Positions 49,444 to 57,427 of a stretch of DNA of 64,000 bases are shown here, one piece after another. Each line of letters begins with the position of its first letter. Position 1 is the stretch's first letter. The notes under the pieces were generated by a model, which made no database searches, was not told the DNA's origin, and worked only from the letters and a program-made list of their open reading frames with translations. A program made the position numbers and the translations under genes. The stretch is from Candidatus Latescibacterota bacterium (GTDB lineage Bacteria > Latescibacterota > UBA2968 > UBA8231), in NCBI GenBank assembly GCA_965215195.1, contig CBDCDC010000002.1, positions 192,001 through 256,000 on the forward strand, in the 5' to 3' direction.

Positions 49444-49642
49444 ACTGATGTTCCGCATCCCCTGCCTTGGCAGGGGCAGGCTTGCTTGCTGCCGCCGGTC
49501 GGGTGTCATTGCCGCGCTTGGCCGGACAAGCGGGCTTCGACGTTGAGCTCCGCTGAAACGTGAAGTAGGCAGGACAGTAGGGCATAACGATCGTTATAGA
49601 CGCGCAAGGAGCACCAACGCCTGAATGGCGCGTAACATCAGT
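49444..49642. mobile_element. MITE family B, copy 2 (199 bp)
   Basis: Same TIRs; flanks CTGTA/CGGTA. Confidence 0.8.
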
Positions 49643-50171
49643 CGGTAAAAAGAATGGGCTCAATAGACACCCCTCTTGCGGCGGCTGAGCGAGTCGGTGG
49701 GTCGGGGGTCTGTTGGCTTGGTCCGACGCGCCGCCCGCCGCCGGTGTGATTTTCAAAGGGACCTACTACCGAATAAGGGTAGTGGGTCCCTTTGAATTTT
49801 TTGGGACGTTCTGCCTCTTTATCCGGGGACTGCAATTTCAAATATCCCTTGATTTGTTCACTCAGCGACCATAGAATACAAGGCCGTGAGATGTTGTGTT
49901 TGTCTTGCGCGTGATGCACCGAATACACCACCGATTCTCGACCTGCTAAGAATGTTATGTAAATCGTTAAAAACAGTAATTTACCCCCCTCCCCTCAAAA
50001 TTCTGCTCGTGCGCTCAATTCCCTACTGCTCAAGCACTGGCGACGGCTCCCAAGCGACCATTTGGCAAGCCGTCCCGACCCTCGCCGCCTGTTGCCCGTG
50101 CGGCATTCGTCTGTCATGGCGGCCGGTTCCTGCACCTGATTCCTCAAACCTTTTATAGAAGGAGGCAAACA

Positions 50172-51908
50172 ATGCCTTTATGGAAGCGAATAAACGCCCT
50201 GCTGGTCATCGTTTTAGGCGTGGTGGCCTGTTCGGATCCGCCGGTCGCGCCGGCGCCGGCGGGCAAAGCCCTCGGGCAGGCCGAGGCCGATAGTACGCCA
50301 TCGGACGCTGCAACCGGCAGCACCACGCCAGCCATCGTTTCGTTTGCCGATGCCAACTTGGAGCTTGCGGTGCGGCGGACGCTGAACAAACTCGAAGGCC
50401 CGCTGACCACCGACGATTTGGCGTCCCTGACGCGGCTTGACGTAGAACGGCAAGATGTTTCAGGCATTGAGAGCTTGGCCGGCCTTGAACATGCTACGGC
50501 GCTGGACACGCTGAATCTGTGGGGCAACCAGATTGTGGATTTGAGTCCGTTGGCAGGCCTGACCAGCCTGACCCACCTGAACTTAGGGAATAATCAGATT
50601 GTGGATGTGGGTCCGTTGGCGGGCTTGACCAACTTGCAATGGCTGAGTCTGTGGGGCAACCAGATTGTGGATTTGAGTCCGTTGGCAGGCCTGACGAAGC
50701 TGACCTACCTGAACTTAGGGCACAATCAGATTGTGGATGTGGGTCCATTGGCGGGGTTGACGAAGCTGATCTCGCTGGACTTGGGGCACAATCAGGTGGC
50801 GGATGTGCGGCCGTTGGCGGGGTTGACCCAGCTCGACTGGCTGGGCTTGGTGGGCAATCTCATTCGCCAACGGGACCTCGCCGAACAGGTGCCTACCTTG
50901 ATAGAAAAGGGCGTCAATATCTCCGTCGTCCTGTCGGCCTCGGCTTCACTACCGGCTCCGGCTCTACCCCCGGCTCCGGCTCCGCCACTGGATCCGCCTT
51001 CGGCTCCCGATCCGCCCTCGACTCCGGATCCGCCTTCGGCTCCCGATCCGCCTTCGACTCCGGATCCACCTTCGACTCCGGATCCACCTTCGACTCCGGA
51101 TCCACCCCCGCCACCGGATCCACCCCCGGACCCGGTAGTCGTCTCGTTCGCCGACGCCAACTTAGAGGGTGCGGTGCGGCAGGCACTGGGTAAACCGACA
51201 GGCGCGCTCACACCCGCGGATATGGCGTCCCTAACGTCGCTTACCGCAAGCAGTCTAAACATTGAGAGCTTGTCTGGCCTCGAACACGCTACGGCGCTGA
51301 CTGTGCTGGACCTGTCCGAAAACGCGGCTCTTGCGGATGTGAGTCCGTTGTCGAGCCTGAGCAAGTTGGAAACGCTGGATCTGAGTGGCACGTCGATTAC
51401 GGATGCGGGGTTGAGTTCGTTGACGAGCCTGACTAACCTGCAAACGTTGGATCTGGGTAGCACGTCGATTACGGATACGGGTGTGGGTTCGTTGTCGAGT
51501 CTGACTAACCTGCAAACGTTGGATCTGAGTGGCACGTCGATTGGGGATACGGGGGTGGGTTCGTTGTCGAGCCTGAGCAACCTGCAAACGTTGGATCTGA
51601 GTAGCACGTCGATTGGGGATACGGGGGTGGGTTCGTTGACGAGCCTGACTAACCTGCAAACGCTGGATCTGAGTAGCACGTCGATTACGGATACGGGTGT
51701 GGGTTCGTTGTCGAGCCTGAGCAACTTGCAAACGCTGGATCTGAGTAGCACGTCCATTGCGGATGTGAATCCGTTGCGCAGCCTAACCAAGTTGGAAACA
51801 CTGGATCTGACTGGCGTCACTACCCTCAGTAGCGCGTCAATCAACACACACATCCCCGCCCTCGAAGCAGCAGGCGTTGCGGTCACCCTAGATGAACACG
51901 CTCAGTAA
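50172..51908 (+). CDS. LRR lipoprotein paralog 7
   Basis: Same architecture; PDPPST linker repeats; homogeneous LQTLDLSST repeats. Confidence 0.92.
   Translation: MPLWKRINALLVIVLGVVACSDPPVAPAPAGKALGQAEADSTPSDAATGSTTPAIVSFADANLELAVRRTLNKLEGPLTTDDLASLTRLDVERQDVSGIESLAGLEHATALDTLNLWGNQIVDLSPLAGLTSLTHLNLGNNQIVDVGPLAGLTNLQWLSLWGNQIVDLSPLAGLTKLTYLNLGHNQIVDVGPLAGLTKLISLDLGHNQVADVRPLAGLTQLDWLGLVGNLIRQRDLAEQVPTLIEKGVNISVVLSASASLPAPALPPAPAPPLDPPSAPDPPSTPDPPSAPDPPSTPDPPSTPDPPSTPDPPPPPDPPPDPVVVSFADANLEGAVRQALGKPTGALTPADMASLTSLTASSLNIESLSGLEHATALTVLDLSENAALADVSPLSSLSKLETLDLSGTSITDAGLSSLTSLTNLQTLDLGSTSITDTGVGSLSSLTNLQTLDLSGTSIGDTGVGSLSSLSNLQTLDLSSTSIGDTGVGSLTSLTNLQTLDLSSTSITDTGVGSLSSLSNLQTLDLSSTSIADVNPLRSLTKLETLDLTGVTTLSSASINTHIPALEAAGVAVTLDEHAQ
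50990..51133 (+). repeat. 18-bp tandem repeat (PDPPST/PDPPSA)
   Basis: About 8 units of CCGGATCCACCTTCGACT-like sequence. Confidence 0.85.
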
Positions 51909-52157
51909 ACCCTCATTTCCGTTTGGTGCGCCGCACCAGCCCCTCGATCCGGTATGGAGGGTCGAGGGGACAGGGTATAGCGGCGCGAGGCAGAGCCATT
52001 AGACATCCATTCGGGCAGCCGTAGCTGCCAGCCGCATTGCGGACATTGACGCACGGCCCTAGAGGCGGTCTGGCAACGTTCAGGCCGCCTCTACAAATGC
52101 AAATCCCCACGAGAGCGCGCTCTGCCTGCGAAGGCAGGGGCTGCGTAACATCCCTAT

Positions 52158-55037
52158 TCAGCGGTTGTAACTGACCGAAATCGAGAACGAACGGCCCTTG
52201 CGGTACTGGCTGGAGATGTAGTCGTTGCCTTGGTAGCGGTAGGCCCTTGCAAAGGAGGAGTTGAGGAGGTTTTTGGCGCTCAGCTTGATTTTGTAGTCGT
52301 GCCACTGCTGGGAGATGGTGCAGTCGAGGGTGCCGCGCATTTCTTCAAATACATCTGGAGTGCCGCCGAGGCTGACTTCGGCCAAGCGGCGGCCGAAGAC
52401 GTTGTAGTAGATGCCGGCCGCCGTGCCGGTGGCGAAGTTGTCGTAGCTGAAGTCGAGGTTGAAGAGGAAGGGCGATTGGCCTTGCAGCGAGCGCTTACTG
52501 GCGGCCTGCGGGTTGAGGGCCCGGCGCAGCTTTAGCTCGGTGGAGTCGATGCTGACCTCGGAGCGGACCAGTGAGAGGTTGCCGCCGGCGTGGAAGTGCT
52601 CTAGCTGGGGTAGGAGGAATCCGAGGCCGTGCCGCGCCTCAAACTCAACCCCGGCCACTTGGGCGGCCTCGACGTTCTGGAACTGGACCTCGCCGTTGAC
52701 GGTGAGAATGACGCGCTCAATGGGGTTTTTGAAGTCCTTGTAGAACGCGCTGGCCGCGTACAGCTCGCCCGGGTTGCCAAAGTGCTCCCAGCGCAAGTCG
52801 TAGTTGTTGATCAGGGTGCGCTCTAGCGCGGCGTTGCCGATAAAGGTGAAGCCGCCGACAAAGCTGAACGAGGCAAATGGGGCCAGTTCGCGGAAGGTGG
52901 GGCGGGCGAGGGTGCGGCCGTAGGAAGCGCGCACGTTCGTGCCGGGGCCGAGCTCCCAGACGGCGTTGAGCGAGGGCAGCAGGTCGTTTTCCGCAAGCTG
53001 GCCGACGGCCTTGGTTGAGTCTTGGCTAGCCACGTTGATGCGCGTGGCTTCGAGTCGGGTGCCGGCGACGAGGCGCAGTGCGGTATTGATGGGCAATTCG
53101 AGCATGGCGTAGCCGGCGTAGATTTGCTGGTCGCCGTCGAAATTGCTCGAAAGCTGGGTGGCATCTTGGACGTAGGAGCCGAAGCGGTAGTGACCGCTGT
53201 CGTCGCTGATCAGCCCGACCTTTTCGGCGGCAAAAAAGGTGTCGGGCTGGCCGTCGTACCCGATGTCGTCTTGGTCAAATTCGTAGCGCCGCTCGCGGAA
53301 AGTGCGCGTTTTGTCCAGCACCAAGAAGCCGGTTTTGCAGTGGCTGTTGATGCCCTGCCACGTCAGATTGAGCTGAAGTTCGCGGTTGCGCTCGTCGAGG
53401 TCGCGGAAGTAGCGAGTGGGCAGCGGGTAGATGGAAGGCGAGATCGAATAATTCGTGACCGGGCCGCGAATGACTTTGTCGTTTTCGTCGCGCATCACCT
53501 CGCCGTTTTCGCGGCGCAGCGGGCGGATTTTGGTGACGTAGTTGTTGGTAAAAAATCGCAGGTCAGGCTCTTCTTGCGCCGAAGCAGAAGTAGAAGCCGA
53601 CCACTCGGCCCGCAGGTTGTGCAAGCTGCTAAAATGGTGTTTGCCGGCTAGTTGCAGCGATTGGATTTGACGCTCGGTGAACTGCAAAACGCGCGTCTCG
53701 TAAATGGCGTCCTCCTCGAGGTCGCGGGGGAATGCGCCGGCTAGGTAGCGGGCGACATCTTCGCTGTTGCGGTTGTACATGTTGGTGACCGACAGCTCGT
53801 GCGTGGGGGCCGGCTTGAGGGACAAGGTAACGAGGCTGCCCCAGGCGATTTCCTGCGACCCCCGGGTGTCGGCCAAGTTAAAATTATTGGTCAGGGTGCT
53901 GGCCTCCTTGCTGGTGAGCTGCCAGCGGGCCGAGGTGCCGCTGTCGTAAAAGGAGGTGCTGTTGCTGTAGATCAGGGTGCCGAGAAAGCCGAAGGGTTTG
54001 TCCAAGAGCGAGACTTGGTTGCCCAAGGCGACCGCATAGCTCTGGTTCAGGGGTGTGGTCGCAGTGGTGGGGGCCATGACCGCGGAGAACGACTTGGAGT
54101 ACTCGTCGAGTTGGAGGGCCTTTTCCTCGTCGTTGTACGCGGCCCCCACATCGGGGATTTGTACCTCGCCGGCGGCCAAGGCCGCGGGAATTTCTCGCGT
54201 CCCGTCATCGACCCCAATCCAATCGAGAGCTCCGCCCTCGTAGGTGAGGAATTGGTCGTTGAACGCACTCTGGGTATTGAACTTGGTCGAGGCCGAGACG
54301 GAAAGGGTGAAGTTATCCGGGAAGGCTTTGGTGCCGATGTTGACGGCGCCGCCGGTAAAGTCGCCGGGCTTGTCTGGGGTGAAGCTCTTGGTGGTGACGA
54401 TATTGTCCAAGAGAGAAGTGGGAAAGAGGTCCATGGGAACGGACCGCTTGTCGGGATCGGCGTTGGGAAGCGAGGAGCCGTTGAGCTGGACCGAGCTGTA
54501 GCGGTCGCCTAGACCGCGAATATAGACGTATTTGCCATCTACTACGGAGGCCCCGGTTACGTGGGACATGGCCTCGGCCGCGTCGCCGCTGCCGGCGCGT
54601 GCGATTTCCTCGGCACTGATGGCATCGCTCAGGGCCGGGGCCTTTTGGCGCTCCTTGAGTAGGGCCGCAGCGGTATTGCGCAGGGCCTTGGCCTCAACGA
54701 CGACCTCGTCGTCAAGTTCTAGGGCTTCGGGCATGAGGGTGATGACCAACTTGGCGACCTCGCCATCTTGCACCTCAACGCCGATGATCGACGCATTCTG
54801 ATAGCCGATCATCGAACTAGCCAGCACATAGGTCCCCAGCGGGACGTCAAAGAGCTGAAACCGACCCTCGACATCGCAGGTCGTGCCGATCTGAGTGCCT
54901 TCTAGAAAAACGATCGCACCCACGAGCGGGTCGCCGGTCTGGCGATCGAGGACCGCGCCGGAGACAGTGCCTTGGGCCCCAGCGGGACGGGCAACAGCCA
55001 AAAGGACGAGGCCGGCAATGGACAAGCAGCGCTTCAT
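52158..55037 (-). CDS. TonB-dependent receptor with N-terminal carboxypeptidase-regulatory-like domain
   Basis: Signal peptide; plug YVYIRGLGDRY, KSFTPDKPGDFTGG; barrel ending GRSFSISVSYNR. Confidence 0.92.
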   Translation of the reverse strand: MKRCLSIAGLVLLAVARPAGAQGTVSGAVLDRQTGDPLVGAIVFLEGTQIGTTCDVEGRFQLFDVPLGTYVLASSMIGYQNASIIGVEVQDGEVAKLVITLMPEALELDDEVVVEAKALRNTAAALLKERQKAPALSDAISAEEIARAGSGDAAEAMSHVTGASVVDGKYVYIRGLGDRYSSVQLNGSSLPNADPDKRSVPMDLFPTSLLDNIVTTKSFTPDKPGDFTGGAVNIGTKAFPDNFTLSVSASTKFNTQSAFNDQFLTYEGGALDWIGVDDGTREIPAALAAGEVQIPDVGAAYNDEEKALQLDEYSKSFSAVMAPTTATTPLNQSYAVALGNQVSLLDKPFGFLGTLIYSNSTSFYDSGTSARWQLTSKEASTLTNNFNLADTRGSQEIAWGSLVTLSLKPAPTHELSVTNMYNRNSEDVARYLAGAFPRDLEEDAIYETRVLQFTERQIQSLQLAGKHHFSSLHNLRAEWSASTSASAQEEPDLRFFTNNYVTKIRPLRRENGEVMRDENDKVIRGPVTNYSISPSIYPLPTRYFRDLDERNRELQLNLTWQGINSHCKTGFLVLDKTRTFRERRYEFDQDDIGYDGQPDTFFAAEKVGLISDDSGHYRFGSYVQDATQLSSNFDGDQQIYAGYAMLELPINTALRLVAGTRLEATRINVASQDSTKAVGQLAENDLLPSLNAVWELGPGTNVRASYGRTLARPTFRELAPFASFSFVGGFTFIGNAALERTLINNYDLRWEHFGNPGELYAASAFYKDFKNPIERVILTVNGEVQFQNVEAAQVAGVEFEARHGLGFLLPQLEHFHAGGNLSLVRSEVSIDSTELKLRRALNPQAASKRSLQGQSPFLFNLDFSYDNFATGTAAGIYYNVFGRRLAEVSLGGTPDVFEEMRGTLDCTISQQWHDYKIKLSAKNLLNSSFARAYRYQGNDYISSQYRKGRSFSISVSYNR

Positions 55038-55056
55038 GGATGGACAACCTCCCTTG

Positions 55057-55180
55057 GAAAGTACACGACCGTAGGGCCTTACCCTCGGATCGAGGGCATC
55101 TTGCCCTCGTCGAGGGCGGGACGCCCTCGATCCCGGACTCATCGCCCATCAACGACAAGTTATTGGTGTCGTGTAGTTAG
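55057..55180. repeat. MITE-A-related element / REP doublet
   Basis: GTACACGACC...GGTGTCGTGTAGTTAG ends; internal GGATCGAGGGCATCTTGCCCTCG-TCGAGGGCGGGACGCCCTCGATCC shared with MITE A. Confidence 0.65.
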
Positions 55181-55283
55181 GGTAAAAGCAAAAATGATAG
55201 AGAGGCTGTGTTGAGAAGAGGTTACTGCAAAATTACAATCCGGTGCCAAGGGGTCTTGAAGGGGGTAGGTCCAGCATGGAAAA

Positions 55284-55325
55284 CCGTAACCATTTCGTAA
55301 CAATAGTGTAACGATAGCGTCATAT
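55284..55325 (+). promoter_or_regulatory. Tandem Pho boxes
   Basis: GTAAC at 55286, 55297 and 55308 and GTCAT at 55319: exact 11-bp period, in the divergent promoter of the TonB gene and the porin-pst genes. Confidence 0.75.
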
Positions 55326-55405
55326 TGCGAGCGCATTTATTTATTTGGGGAGCAAAAAGACACAAAAGCCGCAGAATTTCGCACCGTGCGAGGGAGAATT
55401 GTAAC

Positions 55406-56344
55406 ATGAAAAAAGTGACGCTGATCGCCGTGTTGCTTTTCTGCTTGGTCTCCGCAGCTCGAGCCGGGGAGGGCAAGATCAAGGGCGTTATGTTTGGCGA
55501 CTACTACTATGTATTGGCCCCTGACGAGGACTCCAAGCGCAATGCTTTCCAGTTCCGCCGTCTGTACTTCACATACCAGAAGGATATCGCCCCTGACTTT
55601 GCCATTCGCTTCCGCCTCGAAGCCAAGGACGCGGGGTTTGCCCAAGGCGCGAAGATGATCCCTTTCGTCAAGCACTCCTACTTGCAGTGGAAGAAGGCGC
55701 TATACTTGGGGCTTTCGGGGACGCCGACTTGGGCGGTTGCCGAAAAGGTCTGGGGCTACCGCTCGGTAGCCAAGACCGTGCTCGATTGGAATGGAATCGG
55801 CTCTTCGGCCGACTTGGGCGCGGCTCTCAAGGGCAAGGCCGACCGGCTGAGCTATCACCTGATGGTCGGCAACGGTCCCGGACAGAAGTCAGAGGACGAC
55901 CACGGCAAGAAGGTCTATGGTTCGTTGAGTTTTGAGGCGGCGGACGGATTGGTGTTGGAAGGCTATGCCGACTTTAATGCAAAGCCGGCGGGTCGCAACG
56001 AGCGGACCTTCAAGGGCTTTGTCGGCTGGCAGGGAGCAAAGGGCGCGGCCGGGCTGGAGGTCTTCTCGCGCACCAACGAGCGGGCCGGCACCAACGGCGA
56101 AGACGAGGTCATGGCCGGGGTCTCGGCCTTTGGTTCGCTGCCGCTAAGGGCTGCGCTCAAGGGCTTTGGCCGGCTCGACGGGGTCGCCCACCGCGCCGCG
56201 GATACCACTGATTGGCTCTTCATCGCCGGCCTTGACTACGCCGCCGCTCCAGCCGTCCACCTGATGCCCAATGTGATCGTTGAGTTGCCCGAGGGCCGCG
56301 ATTCCCATGTCGAGGGGCGGCTGACCTTTTTCTGCAAATTTTAA
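55406..56344 (+). CDS. Outer-membrane porin-like protein (putative phosphate porin)
   Basis: Signal peptide; FQFRRLYFTY, FVKHSYLQW, WGYRSV; C-terminal Phe; upstream of pstS. Confidence 0.7.
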   Translation: MKKVTLIAVLLFCLVSAARAGEGKIKGVMFGDYYYVLAPDEDSKRNAFQFRRLYFTYQKDIAPDFAIRFRLEAKDAGFAQGAKMIPFVKHSYLQWKKALYLGLSGTPTWAVAEKVWGYRSVAKTVLDWNGIGSSADLGAALKGKADRLSYHLMVGNGPGQKSEDDHGKKVYGSLSFEAADGLVLEGYADFNAKPAGRNERTFKGFVGWQGAKGAAGLEVFSRTNERAGTNGEDEVMAGVSAFGSLPLRAALKGFGRLDGVAHRAADTTDWLFIAGLDYAAAPAVHLMPNVIVELPEGRDSHVEGRLTFFCKF

Positions 56345-56443
56345 GGCGCGCTGTAACTCAGAGTTCATCCGCGAGACACGCGGATGTAACACAAATCCTG
56401 CAAATTGCAAAACGGCCATTGAAATGGCATGGGGAACGCAAAA

Positions 56444-57415
56444 ATGAAAAAAAAATGGATCGGGATGGTGCTGATGGGGTGGGTGTTCGCCGCTGGCGTC
56501 CACGCGCAGACCATCGCCGTAGATGAGCGGATCGCCCCCTACGAAAAGGTGCGCGGTCTGTCCGGCAATGCCAGCAGCATTGGCTCGGACACCATGAACA
56601 ACATGATGGCGCTGTGGCTGGAGGCTTTTCGCAAGTACTATCCCAACGTCAAGATCCAAATTGAGGGTAAGGGGTCGAGTACAGCACCGCCGGCCCTGAT
56701 CGAGGGCACGGCCCAGTTCGGGCCGATGTCGCGGCCCATGAAGTCGAGCGAGGAGGACAAATTCGACCGCACCTTCGGCTATAAGCCAACGCCCTTGCGG
56801 GCCGCGCTTGACGCGCTGGCGGTCTTTGTCAACAAGGACAACCCCATCGAGGGCCTGACCCTGCCGCAGGTCGATGCGATTTTTTCCAAGACCCGCCGCA
56901 GCGAGTTTCCCCAAGATATCGCCACTTGGGGCCCGTTGGGGTTAGAAGGGGATTGGGCCAAGGCCCGGATCAGCCTCTACGGCCGCAACTCGGCGTCGGG
57001 CACCTATGGCTTTTTCAAAAAGCAGGCCCTGTTCAAAGGCGACTATAAAGACGAAGTCAAAGAGCAGCCCGGGTCGGCGTCGGTCGTGCAGGGGATTACC
57101 GAGGACCGCTTTGCCATAGGCTACAGCGGCATTGGCTATCGGACCTCTGGCGTGCGCGTCGTGCCGTTGGCCAAGGCCGAGGGACAGGAGTTTAGGCAAG
57201 GCTCCATGGAAAACGTCCTCAACGGCTCCTATCCCCTTGGTCGCTTCCTATACATTTATATAAACAAGGCGCCCGGCCAAGCCATGGACCCGCTGGTGAG
57301 GGAATTCTGCGCGTTCATTTTTTCCAAAGAGGGTCAAGAAATTGTGGTCAAAGACGGCTATATGCCCGTGCCGTTTGAAGTGGCCCAAGCCGAATTGGCC
57401 AAATTGGATATCTAA
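56444..57415 (+). CDS. pstS: Phosphate ABC transporter substrate-binding protein
   Basis: GSDTM, EGKGSSTAPPAL, GRNSASGTYGFF, YPLGRFLYIY. Confidence 0.96.
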   Translation: MKKKWIGMVLMGWVFAAGVHAQTIAVDERIAPYEKVRGLSGNASSIGSDTMNNMMALWLEAFRKYYPNVKIQIEGKGSSTAPPALIEGTAQFGPMSRPMKSSEEDKFDRTFGYKPTPLRAALDALAVFVNKDNPIEGLTLPQVDAIFSKTRRSEFPQDIATWGPLGLEGDWAKARISLYGRNSASGTYGFFKKQALFKGDYKDEVKEQPGSASVVQGITEDRFAIGYSGIGYRTSGVRVVPLAKAEGQEFRQGSMENVLNGSYPLGRFLYIYINKAPGQAMDPLVREFCAFIFSKEGQEIVVKDGYMPVPFEVAQAELAKLDI

Positions 57416-57427
57416 GAGCGCGAGCAC

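Noticed and set aside
37698-51886. Long antisense ORFs over the LRR genes and other GC-rich genes
   Set aside because: Shadow frames caused by repeat structure and codon bias.
37078-51908. LRR genes as integron cassettes
   Set aside because: No integrase, and no RYYYAAC...GTTRRRY attC boundaries in the repeated downstream element.
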